Positions 13,528 through 26,700 of a stretch of 64,000 nt of DNA are shown here, in pieces. Location: contig NMRA01000028.1 in NCBI GenBank assembly GCA_002633005.1, positions 728,260 to 792,259 of the forward strand, given 5' to 3'. This stretch comes from Phoronis australis. Its lineage: Eukaryota; Animalia; Phoronida. The position numbers were made by a program, and so were the translations under genes. How positions within the stretch are numbered: the first letter of the stretch is position 1; every line of letters begins with the position of its first letter. The notes below the pieces were generated by a model. That model made no database searches. It was not told the DNA's origin and saw only the letters and a list, made by a program, of their open reading frames with translations.

Positions 13528-14783
13528 TTGCCAATCACCCGGTCTTCCATCAGTCATCGGTGTGCAGTTGGCTGGAAAGCAGTTATTTGCCCCATTCCCC
13601 TATGAAAATCACGTGGAATTCTCATCATCTGGCCTAAAAATACCCTTCAAATGTTCAAAAAATCCCATCAAGATTAGAATCACTTCTGCAGAACGGTAGG
13701 TTTTACTACTTGAGGCATTGCCGACTGATGAGAGGTCGTGACCAAGAGAGTGCAATTGGTTGCGACTGGAGGAGGGGTGGGGGAGAATTGGATTTTTCTT
13801 TTAACCAAAAATCCCTATGGGCCCTGTACATTGTTCATCGTATTAGATTAAAGACATTACTTTTGTGCCTTTAAAATGAGAAATACGACTGTCATGTGCC
13901 ATAAATGTTTGTTGTTTTATTTATATTATAATTTAGATATTTCATTTTCTCAAGCTTTGCTTCCCTGTTGGTGGTGGTCTTGCTTCAAAAAGGCGTGAAT
14001 GTCATGTTGTACTGTGACTGAGTGATGAAATTACAAATCAAACATGGGAGGTTTACTAATTATTGTGAAGCATGACACTCCCAAGTTTTAGTATCTTACG
14101 CATGTTTAAGAAATGAGAGTAAATCATTCTTTGGCATATTGTTTTTAATAATCAGAGGTACAGTTTCGTCAAAAACAAGAACTTTGTTCAGAAAAATTAC
14201 AAGAAGTATTTCTGATTATTCGTATAGATTGGGTGTTTTTGTGCTCCCAGACATTCTAAAGTTAATCTTAGACACGCGTTTTTAGGTTGTTGTTTCTGTG
14301 TTGGGCATGCTTTGCTACATATGTTTCTAAAATTGCTTGAACTTGTTACACTCACAAGAGGAGGTAACTTGTTACACTCACAAGAGCAAGTGAGGCTATC
14401 TGTATCGGTGGTTGTATTATTGTTGTCTAGTATGGTAAAGTTTCCTCGAATTCAAACAAAAATAATGTCCAAATAATGTCATTATTTCATTTTTCAAATG
14501 CTCACTGTATTGCCAAAACTGTTCAAAATTTATGTGTGTTTTTTGATGGAAGATGTACTATATGAAGTTTTCAAATGGTCTTCTTGTTTACTCTTGTTGA
14601 AATTTTTTGATAAAAATAATATTTATTGTTTTACCATATTGTTTACTATATGAAGAAACTTTACTGTACCAGTTCTTGCCATACGCTCTAAAGAGAAGGT
14701 GAGGATATCTGTATCGATGGTTGTGGTATTAGTTGTTAGTACTTGCATGCTTTTCTTTTATCTTTCTTCCTGTCTAACTAGCC

Positions 14784-17700
14784 ATGAGAATTCAGAGGTC
14801 ACTTCGTAACAGACCCGCTAATGTGTCTGATACAGGTGAAGGCCAACAGATGTCGCAAGAGTCTAGTGAAGTCCTGGAACCCTCATCAGATATCCCTGTG
14901 TAAGTAGACTGAATTTCTCATGTTTGGTACGTACACTGTTTATTTGTGAAGAGCTTTCACCCAAGTTCCCCTCATAATTGGTGGTTGTCAACCCTGTGGG
15001 ATGGATTCAACTGAAAACAAAAATGCTATTGGGGAAATAAAATCTTATTTTCCTGATTATAAGAACTGAAGAGCATTGGGAAACATTTCAACAGCCTTGT
15101 GCTGAGGTCTTTTACCTGCCACAATAGCAATGTGCCTTTGTTCCATAAATAAAATTGAAGTTTGCTAATTCAGAGGTATACGGCCATGTAACATGTAGGT
15201 GCACAATATGTACATGTGATGGACCTATTGTTATCATGTTTAATAACAAAGGAGCAACTATGTATCATTGATCGCGTATGTGGTTGGATTTGCATTCTAA
15301 CATTTTTAGTTAGTGATTTTGACTTGACTGCATTATCTTTATGTGAGAATGTGAGATTTTAAGTGAAATTGCAATTTTAACTGTACAGGCCTGAGAATGA
15401 TGACAGTGACTTTGAAGAACCATCGACTCGGGCAAAAGGGCGAGGAAAGAGGGGAGCCAAGAAAAGTGAAGAAAATCCTGTAAGTCGATGTGTTTTTTGA
15501 TAAGGCTTACGAACATTTAGTATATAATATCGGAAATTAGAGGCATGTTTTGAAAAGTGTAAATCGTGTTGCATTTTTAAGTAGTGTGGGGGAAGTTTGG
15601 GTAATTCTGACAAACCACCTAGCTCAACTTGCTTACCTGCTACTGAAGGTTTATGTGTCAGCTTATAACATTTGACGAGTAGTGGGATATTCCCAAATCT
15701 TTTGAGAAACCAATCAATGAGATTCCTCATTACTAGTTCAGGTTCAATATCTTCAAATTTTAAGAATAACAACAATGGTCAAAATCGTGGAAATTCGGAT
15801 GCAGATGGGGAAAGTCAGACGGAGTGTCGGGGAAATTCGGACCAGCAAATTCTGAATACATAAAAGTCAGACGAAATATATAACAGTACTTTATGATTTC
15901 AAAAATGAATTTAGGTATTATTTAGCAGTGTAATCATGAGACGAATAATAAAATTTAAGAAGTTATGTCCTGGCGACATAAACAACGTAAAAGTATGTCC
16001 GCCATTACCAATTTGTGTGACCTCTTAACGCAGAAGGTCATGACGGGAGTACAAAAAGCTCCCATGAAAACGTCAAGAAAAGCGTCTAGTAGCCTAAAAG
16101 CAGCATACAAAAAGTTGGAGGGGAAATTCGGACACCTGTTTTTTAATTAAATAATGCTTTTCTGTATGTTTTTCTATTGGAATTAACACATAAAACTGCA
16201 TAGTGATGAATTAAGCATCAAATAAATTCGAGTTCGTTTACAAGAAAAGTGACCTAAATAAAACTTGGAAAAGAGAGGGTACCAACGGCAGACTTTCAAA
16301 ATCACCACGCGAAGGAGACGGCAGAGCAACGTAAGGTGCTGAACGTGCATCATATGCATTGAAACTTTGTTGTAATTCAAGTGAGGTAATAAATAAATTC
16401 CTACTATTGTTCAAGGAAGTGAATAATCTTTTCATTTAGTGGTAAGGCAGATTGATTGTTGATATATTTGACATTTATTTAGACTTGTCTGAATTTTGCC
16501 ACCGTCCGAGTTTCCCCGAACTACCCCTATATTGATTGCATAGTACAAAATATCCAATATCATTTTTTAGAACATGGAACTGCAGAGCATTTACCTGGGT
16601 AAAATTTACAAGGTGGCTGCCTTTTGCAGTGAACAAATTAAATTTTATTTTGTTGTGGGACTGTATTTCCAATTTCATGGTGTATCTATCAGCAGGCTCC
16701 TAAGAGAGCCCGGAAGGCCCTAGAGAAAGTGCCAGTCAACAGAGGGCGTGCTCGTCAAATGGAACATGAAGATCAAGAGAACAGTCTATTTGAAATAGTA
16801 AAGACTGGAAAATCAGCTCTGCAGGTAAAGAGGTTACAAATGTTGTTTCACCTGCAAATCGGTGCTTAAGGTTGGCAGGGGTTAGAAAAGTTGTCACAGT
16901 TTTTGCTATGCTAGGGTAATAGCAGAATGCTGAAATCCCATCAGTTATTTGAGCACTGAAATTCTTATACCGTATTTGCCCGAATAAGCACCCATGCCCC
17001 TATAAGCACCCCCCATGTATTTTCAGACTTAGCTACAATAAATGCCCAGCCCATGAGCATGTACATGCGAAAAATGCTTTACCTACAGTTCAAAAATTCT
17101 ACAGTAATGTCTTAAATTTATCAATAAGATCCGAAAGTCCTGAAAAAGTCCTTGTGCGTGGAACTTGTAGACTGCTAGCCTCGCCGCTATGTCGGTATGT
17201 AGCCGTGACTATACACTTCAAACTTCCGCCATGCTTCAAAAAGAGCGCAAAAGTTTTGCCGATCTTGCGAGGAACGCGTTCCACTGTGGTCTGGCCTTTG
17301 AGAACAAACGCGGCGTACTTGTCAACGGGATTGTATTGTATCTTTCCTGTACAGATCTTCTTCCTTAACAGGAATCCAAATTTCTTAGTACACATGAAAA
17401 CTGCGAATCGAAGACTAATAAAAAAAAACTTGACCGGCGTTAAAAGCCATGTAAAAAAGGCGTAATGACGCTCATGGGATGTGTGATGTAACATTTGGCT
17501 GTAAACAGTAATTGCATAGATATCGGGTCCTCAGTAGCTCAGTGGTAAGAGCACTAGATCAGCAAAATCTAGAGACCTGTGGTTCGATTCCCAGTTGGGG
17601 TTCCTGATTTTTCTGTGTTTATTTGATACATTTCACTTCTGGCAAACCTCTGTGTCTATGTATTTACTATATGAAATTTCTTTTATTAACTTAACGACAG

Positions 17701-20700
17701 GTAAATGCTTTTTGGTGGTCTTACCTTGTCTGCTTGGGTACTAGTAATGTTAGTCAGGATTTACGTGAAACAGTGACATTGTAGCTGTCTCTTTTAAGGT
17801 TACAGTCTCATGAGTAAGTGTAAGTGAATAATATTGCAGTGGATAAACACTGAATATAGTCTGTTTTTATTATCATTATAGACTTGATAGAATAATTGTA
17901 ATAATCTCATGATATGGGATGTTATTATTAGCATAATAGTCGTGATAATATAATTTATCGATATTATTCTCATAACATGTCCTGTTATTGTCAGCATTGT
18001 AGGCATGATAATATAATTTATCGATATTATTCTCATAACATGTCCTGTTATTATCAGCATTGTAGGCATGATAATATAATTTATGGATGTTATTGCTGTA
18101 ACTTGTCCACAGACTGTGGTGGATGAATGGATCGAGACCTACAAACAGGACCGTGACACAGCTCTGCTCAACCTCATACAGTTCTTTATACAATGCTCTG
18201 GCTGTAGGGGGCGCATCACGCCACAGATGTACGAGAGTCTGGAGCACGCAGAACTGATTAGAAAAATGACTGAGGAATTTGACGAGGTTTGTCCCTGACC
18301 AGACAAGAGACTCTCGTGTTAGAGTATTGGAAATTGTGTATTATGAGAATTACTGTGATGTATTTCCCTTTTTAGAATAGAAAAAAAGTTTAACATGAAA
18401 TGCACCCATTTCATCTGACATGATTATAGTCTGTAAGTTTGAAATACCTAGTTATATTTGCAAAACCGTTATGAGAATCCGTTGGCTTGTATGTCTTGGT
18501 TCGTCTCGCATAAAGAGGAGAGGATGTAAAAAAATGCCAACCTTTTTATTTAGTGTGGATGTAATCTGGGTCGTTACATGAGTAGCATCATGGGTTTTAT
18601 GACTTGTCTCCCCTGCAGGAGAGTGGTGACTACCCACTGATTATCACGGGGCCGACGTGGAAGAAGTTTCGCTCCAACTTATGTGACTTTGTGCTGGTTC
18701 TCATACGTCAGTGTCAATACAGCATAATCTATGACCAGTACATGATGGACAACCTCATCTCTCTACTAACAGGGCTTACTGACTCTCAGGTCCGTGCCTT
18801 CAGACACACTAGTACACTCGCATGTAAGTATTTCAGTTTTGTTTTTTGGTGCTGTAATCCCAGTTTCTGTCTAAAAACTTTTAATTTTTAGTTTAGGCCT
18901 TTTACTGTTAAAACTGGTCTTCATTTACTCCTTCCGACTGGAAGTAATTTCTGGGCTCAGAAATATGTTACAATTCATAATTGCTTAAGACCAGGTTCAT
19001 GAAGTTGTATGTATCAGTTGTTTGTATATTGTACCATCGGTGACTAAATTCCTTGATGTGGCAGTCTACATGGGGTACATTTTTAAACTTTTGGATGAAG
19101 ATAAGTTGTGCTGGAACTTAGTTTCTTTTAATTGATGACTTATTGATTCCCTCAAAAATTGGATTGCCCTCTGCTGGCGTTCATAGACATCAACTGCAAT
19201 ACCCTGGACTATGAGTCAGTCTACTCAGATCTGCCTCCTGTGGCTATTTAAGGAGGGATTCTTGGTTTTCACCCTAACAACTTTTCTGACACCCTACTCA
19301 CTCTCTGTATGCCATCAGTCACTAGCGGAAGGATCGAGGCAGCTCCACAATGTTGGCAAAACTATATTACAGTAAGCTCCAGAAGTTGGGATTTACAGTT
19401 TTCAAATCCAATATCCTGGCTGCTTACATACTGTTTTCTCCACAATTGAACATTCCTAACATTTCAGTGACAACCATATTGCTAGACAGTGTGTATTGGC
19501 AAGTTGTTTAGCTTACCTGAGCCACTCACAAGATATTCCACTACACTTGTGGTATCTTGTGTGATCTTGCTAAACTTGCAAGACACCTTTTTTAAACGAC
19601 CCTGTGCAATAGCAAATGTCGCCCTAAAAATGAATATTAACTACCCTAGCCATGAAGTTGATGACTGCATTGGTGGATGTGGCCCTGAACCTGAGTATTA
19701 ACTTAGACAACACTCAACGCCAGTATGAAGCTGAGAGACAGAAGTCCCAGTCTAAGAAAGCGAGTGAACGTCTGGAGATGTTGATGACAAAGAGACAAGA
19801 GGTTAGTATGGTTGAGGCCACACAATCCTAAGGTTTTTTCAGTGCTTCTTAGTTTCTTGTATTCTGAACATTTCCATTGACATACTAAAATGGCATTGAG
19901 GAGGTGATGTAGTATCATTTTTTACATGTGTTGCATAATGGTCTATTTACACCAACCTCTCGTCTATTACAATGTCATGCTAGAGGTTGGTGTAAACAGA
20001 CATGTAGGGTTTGTAAGATGATGTTGCATATTTCCAAAGCTTAAAAATGTTGCATATTTAACAATTTGTTATCTTATAGAATTTAAGTGTGTTTTATAAA
20101 CTGCAGGATTGATCGTGATATGTTCAAGAACAGCGCAGCTGTTTGAACAATCCATTTTGATCATTTGTCTGGTTCATTTACATATTTTGGTAGCAGCATG
20201 TATTTCCAAATGTGGAACTTGAAATTCACCTTCCCTCAGAAATGTCTGCATACAGGTTATCACATGTGTCCCTTATCACACAAACACCCCATGCTGGTGA
20301 TCTGTGTTCTTATTGCGATCTATTCAGGCGTCAAAAATGGGACACCTTTATTCATCAGCGCCACCTGAAGAATATTGAGTCACCCATTCTAATAATTTTA
20401 GTGTGTGTGTGTTTAAATGTTGATATTCTTAGTCTATCTCTACAAATACCAGTATTATTAAGTAATGAATCACAACATTAACTAAGATTTCATTGCATAC
20501 CGTTAACTTATGGTTTGTATTTTTCAGCTGGAAGAGAACCAGGAGGAGATCCGTAACATGTTGACCTACATATTCAAAGGTGTGTTTGTGCATCGTTATC
20601 GCGACAGTCAGCCAGACATTCGCTCTATCTGTATGCAGGAGATAGGCGTGTGGATGAAAAAATATCCCAACATGTTTTTGGATGACAGTTATCTCAAGTA

Positions 20701-23700
20701 TGTTGGATGGACTATGTATGATAAGGTGAGTTGTGTTAGGTATTAGTAAAGCAATAGTTAAACGCAATTCTCATTCTCATCATGGTAAGGTTTGCCAAAA
20801 ATATGTATTGATGTAAACACTGCCAGGCTGGTTTTTAAGATTGCTCAATTGTGAGTGTGAAGTTAAAAGTAGCCCTATGGCTCCTATTACAAACTACATA
20901 TATGTACTTGAAAACAACTCCAAATACAATCCAAGCAACATTCAGATATTTCATGTTCGCTGTGAATCAGCTAAAATGTGATGCCTTTTGCTTTTGAAAA
21001 AAAAAATCCATATATTTTTGATAATATTTAAACATTTAGATATAATACATTTTTGATAATATTCAAATTTTTAGACATTATACATACACAAAGGTAGTGA
21101 GAATGGCGTAGATGAAGTAATATCTTACAAGAAATTATCCCGTGTAATAATGTCGAGAGGGATATTACTTCATCTACACCAATTGAGGTATGTTTTGTAT
21201 TTATCCCATACGCTTCGAATTTTTAAGTTTCTTTTAAATATTTCACCCAGACTGTTTTCATGGCGGATCACATCCTATATGTATATACTTGCACGATAGG
21301 TTACAAGTTTTCTCTTTTAAAGAAACAGTTTTTAATGTAACGATTTCTTACTTGAAAAGAAATAACAAAGATGAAAACAATGGTAACTGTGTATTGAACT
21401 TGTAACATTTCTGATAATATTTAAACTTTTAGACATAATATAATACATTTTTGAGAATATTCAAACTTTTAGGCATTATACATTAATTATTCAGTTTGCT
21501 ATATGTGACGAAAAAATGGAATGTCTAAATTCTCAACAAATTTTTTTTGAGAAAAGGTTACTTCATTGTTGGCACAACTTAGTTGTTACCCAACAATATA
21601 AGGTATAATAATTGATGATAAAGGAATAATTATAAAGTTCTTTGAAAGTAGCATTCAAGCACTAAACACAATAACTTATTGTTTCAAAGTCGTGCCTTGT
21701 ACATGTTATTTGAGGATTTTTTGTGTTTACAAATTGATCGAACATTCATTCAGGAGTGCATGCTTTATGTTGATGATAAGCATAGTAAACTTTAAGAAGT
21801 ACAAGAATTGTGTGTTAATAGAATAACTACCGTAGCTATAGTGGCAAAGTGTCAGAAATAGTTTATTTAGAAGTAGTATGCCATCTGTGGTCTTAATAAT
21901 TAAACTGGGCACAAATTATACTCCAATTTTAAAACGAACAAAGCTTGTGTTTTCAACATGGTGGCTAACATTTTACGTATTTCATCGTCACATTTCCTGG
22001 GTTATTTTATGTGAATGATAATTGTTTTTTCTGTGGGTCACTGTGGATGTTTAAGGAGGTTTCATCGCTGTGTAAATGTAATGTGACATTTGTTTGTTTA
22101 AGTGTTGTACTTCTGTCTTACACTTCCCATTCAGTGTGGTGATGTGCGTCTACAGTATGTTAAAGTGTCATACTTCTGTCTTACACTTCCCATTCAGTGT
22201 GATGATGTGCGTCTACAGTATGTTAAAGTGTCATACTTCTGTCTTACACTTCCCATTCAGTGTGGTGATGTGCGTCTACAGTATGTTAAAGTGTCATACT
22301 TCTGTCTTACACTTCCCATTCAGTGTGGTGATGTGCGTCTACAGTATGTTAAAGTGTCATACTTCTGTCTTACACTTCCCATTCAGTGTGGTGATGTGCG
22401 TCTACAGTATGTTAAAGTGTCATACTTCTGTCTTACACTTCCCATTCAGTGTGGTGATGTGCGTCTACAGTATGTTAAAGTGTCATACTTCTGTCTTACA
22501 CTTCCCATTCAGTGTGGTGATGTGCGTCTACAGTATGTTAAAGTGTCATACTTCTGTCTTACACTTCCCATTCAGTGTGGTGATGTGCGTCTACAGTATG
22601 TTAAAGTGTCATACTTCTGTCTTACACTTCCCATTCAGTGTGGTGATGTGCGTCTACAGTATGTTAAAGTGTCATACTTCTGTCTTACACTTCCCATTCA
22701 GTGTGGTGATGTGCGTCTACAGTATGTTAAAGTGTCATACTTCTGTCTTACACTTCNNNNNNNNNNNNNNNNNNNNNNNNNNNNNNNNNNNNNNNNNNNN
22801 NNNNNNNNNNNNNNNNNNNNNNNNNNNNNNNNNNNNNNNNNNNNNNNNNNNNNNNNNNNNNNNNNNNNNNNNNNNNNNNNNNNNNNNNNNNNNNNNNNNN
22901 NNNNNNNNNNNNNNNNNNNNNNNNNNNNNNNNNNNNNNNNNNNNNNNNNNNNNNNNNNNNNNNNNNNNNNNNNNNNNNNNNNNNNNNNNNNNNNNNNNNN
23001 NNNNNNNNNNNNNNNNNNNNNNNNNNNNNNNNNNNNNNNNNNNNNNNNNNNNNNNNNNNNNNNNNNNNNNNNNNCTGATGCCGTTATTTATAGAAAGAGA
23101 GGTATGTAGTGCTAACACACCTCTCATACATGATCTGATGCCGTTATTTATAGAAAGAGAGGTATGTAGTGCTAACACACCTCTCATACATGATCTGATG
23201 CCGTTATTTATAGAAAGAGAGGTATGTAGTGCCAACACACCTCTCATACATGATCTGATGCCGTTATTTATAGAAAGAGAGGTATGTAGTGCTAACACAC
23301 CTCTCATACATGATCTGATGCAGTTATTTATAGAAAGAGAGGTATGTAGTGCTAACACACCTCTCATACATGATCTGATGTCGTTATTTATAGAAAGAGA
23401 GGTATGTACTACTAACGCACTTTTCATACAGGACCTGGTGCAGTTTTACAGAGAGTGGGGTATGAAATTGACTTGTGCCATGTTAAAAGTTGTCATAACT
23501 ATGAAGTTTTAATTAGTTATATTGAGTGCTGCATCAGCAGCTCAAAAATGACCAACTTCAAAGTAAGGTAAACGTAATAAGACTGAATTAGTTGATTAAG
23601 CCAAAAGTAACACTGATTTGCTCCATTCAAACAACAGTATAATCATAGAAAACAAGAAGTGTTAACTTGCCTTATTTCACAACTTGGAGTTTCATTGCAA

Positions 23701-26700
23701 AATCAAATCAAAACATACGGCTCTATCCGTTGTGGGAAACAATGTGTCACAAGATAATACCTAACAGCTGTCAGTAGAACTTTAATGGAACGATGTACAG
23801 TCTGTATATACTTTATTCTGTACAAAGTTTCTTCTAAACTCTCTTAACCTTCACCCTGTGGCAGTGTTTTAAGCACGTCATGAATGACACGCGGCGTACT
23901 TGTGTCTTCATAAACATCGATGATGTCTTATTGTTGCTCCGTGACCCCCAAAACATGCTGTGACTTCTTTTACAATACTAACTCTGTTCTGTTCTGGTGG
24001 TAGCTTCATGAACACGGCGCCTATCTAGTGGACAGTCTGTGGGAGATTAATGAGATGATGAAAGACTGGGAATGCATGACTGACTTGTTGCTAGAGGAAC
24101 CTGGCAGAGGAGAGGAGAGTAAGTATATGGGCGGGTCATCTGTTGCTAAGCAACTGTTCACATCACTTGTGAGACCAACTGTTGCCATTGTTTTTATTAC
24201 TGTTGTGGTATTCATTGTTTGTATTTTAGCAACGCCCCTTTTCTGATCTTACTGGCCATTACAGAGCTCGACATGAGGGAGTGCATGCTCGAAAATGGGA
24301 GAAAAGAATTAAAATTAACCTCACTCCTATTATTTGAATGGGCGCGAGTGGACGTTGGGCCCTTTTTTGTCACCACTTTTGACGAGTTCAGTTCTGGAAG
24401 TATGAGTGTAGAATATGGCGTCATTTGTATTTTCAAGCAGGTATTTTCACCTTTGAGAGTTGGCTCAGGCACCGAAGTACTGTTGTCTGTATTAAAATGA
24501 CCATGATATAAAACATATTTGCAGTGTCTTTGACCACTGTGTGTAACATAGCTTTATTATGTGATATCTGTGAAGTTTGACTTGTACAATTATGATAGTG
24601 TTTGTGCTGACATTAATCATTCCAGTCTTAGACGACCGTCAAGAGGCTAGCCTTATTGAGATCATGGTGTGTTGTGTGAAGCAGGCTGCTACTGGAGAGT
24701 CACCTGTTGGACGCGGGCCAAACAGAAAGGTACGATTTCAGACACAAGAGCTCTGTTTCAGTAGTAGCTGCTATCTCACTACTTGTGTAACCTGCTTTTC
24801 CTATTGAGCAGATTTTGTTTTAGCTGTTTCATGGATTTTATGCATGCTTCTATTAATCTGCAGGGGTCTGTATAGAAATTGTTTCTTGGAAATTGGGTTT
24901 GATTCTACTATGAAAAAGTCAGAAAAGTGGCATTTAAAGATTTTTGGTGCGCACTGGTTGACTGTACTATTGTTATTGATATCAATCTAATTAACTGCTA
25001 GATTATTAGTCAACAAACGCCTTTTTGTTGTTTACAGCTGACAATGAAGGAGAACAAACAAGTTGGTGAAGACAAGACCAAATTAACTGAACACTTCATC
25101 ATGGCGTTACCACAGCTGCTGGCCAAGGTAGGGTTTTTTACTCCTGTTCAAGGGGTCCTATCAACAAAGAATTTCACTGATGGATCTTACACTGGTGCTG
25201 TGTAAATTAATGTCGTTACTGTTAATATTTTGATGTCATATTGTTTTCTAGTATGGCCGTGAATTTTGAGACTGTTGCTCTCCTGTTACTCTTGCTTACC
25301 AATACCACAATATTATGTCATCGTTATCTAGTGTTTGGCAGTGTTGTCAATACCACAATATAATGTTATCAGTATCTTAGATGTTAGTATCCCAGTGTTG
25401 GTAGTCTTTTCAATACCATAATATAACCCAATTAGATTCTCACTGTTGGTAGTGTTGTCAAAACTACTGTATAATGTTATCAGTATCTTAGGTGTTTTTA
25501 GAGTTGTCAATACCACAATATAATGTAATCAGTATCCCAGTGTTGATGGTGTTGTCAATACCACAATACAACGTTATGGGTATCTTAAGTGTTGTTAGTG
25601 TTGTCAATACCACAATATAACGTTATCAATAACCCAGTGCTGGTAATGTTGTCAATACCACAATATAACGTTATCAGTATTTCAGGTGTTGTTGGTGTTG
25701 TCAATACCGCAATTTAACGTCATCTGTATCCTACTGTTAGTAGTGTAGTCAGTGCTGCAAGTACTACGTTATCAGTGACTCGTTCGCCGGTTGTGTTATC
25801 ATTTCTGTTGGTTGTTGTTTCAGTACAATGCTGATTCTGAGAAGGTAGCTAACCTGCTACAGATACCACAGTATTTTGATCTGGAGATTTACACAACCAG
25901 TCGACAAGAGAAGGTATGTGAACAGCCGTCCTCTAAGGCTGGTAGCTTTAGTTGTCATTTGTGTAAATGTTTGCAATAGATGGCATACTTTATAGTGCCT
26001 TTCTTGAGAAAATGAGGTGTCATTTACTTGCAACTTGGTTGGTTGCAACTATGAATGCAGTTTTTATGTGGCAAATGTTGAAACAAATTTGAAAATGTTT
26101 TAACTCTTACACAAAGGAGTTAAAGCCATACTTACTTGAATGGGTGTTTTCTGTTTAGTATAAAATGTGCGCAGTTGATAATGTTGTACAACTGTTACCA
26201 CTAATCTACATTTGTTTACAGCACCTGGATTCATTGCTGCGTCATCTACATGAAGTTGTAGAGAAACACACGGACAACCAGGTGAGAAGGGTGTGATGGA
26301 TAGGGGGAGGGGTGGCGGTGGTGATGGGGGAAGGGTCATGGTCATGGGGTGGTGATGGTGCGGGGAAGTGATATACTCTGTGGGTAATCTGAAGTAACAC
26401 TAAAATTTGTTGTGTTCTGCTGGGAAGTGTTAGGATTTCGATTACTGAAGACAATTTGTTCAACTTTATTAAACCTACAATAAACTCAGTAGATGGTTAT
26501 AGTTGCTGGTGAAGATGTGTGATTTTTGAAATAGTATGTGCTACCACCATAAATCTTTCGTCTATTCTCCAATCTTCTTGATTTGACAATCTTCGAGATC
26601 AACGGTAGCCAAATTGATTTCTTCAGCACCATATTCCAGAATTTGCTCTTTCGTACCATATTCGATGAAGGTGTGGTCACACAATTGTAGCACTTATATT

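Noticed and set aside
15377-16440. ORFs and GGGAAATTCGGAC motifs as a gene or intact transposon
   Set aside because: No recognisable domain; possibly a decayed DNA transposon, but boundaries could not be defined.
17525-17612. Functional tRNA gene
   Set aside because: Poor acceptor stem and non-canonical anticodon loop; better explained as a SINE or pseudogene.
22094-23512. 472/335/230-aa ORFs as independent genes
   Set aside because: They arise from stop-free repeat units read through an N gap.
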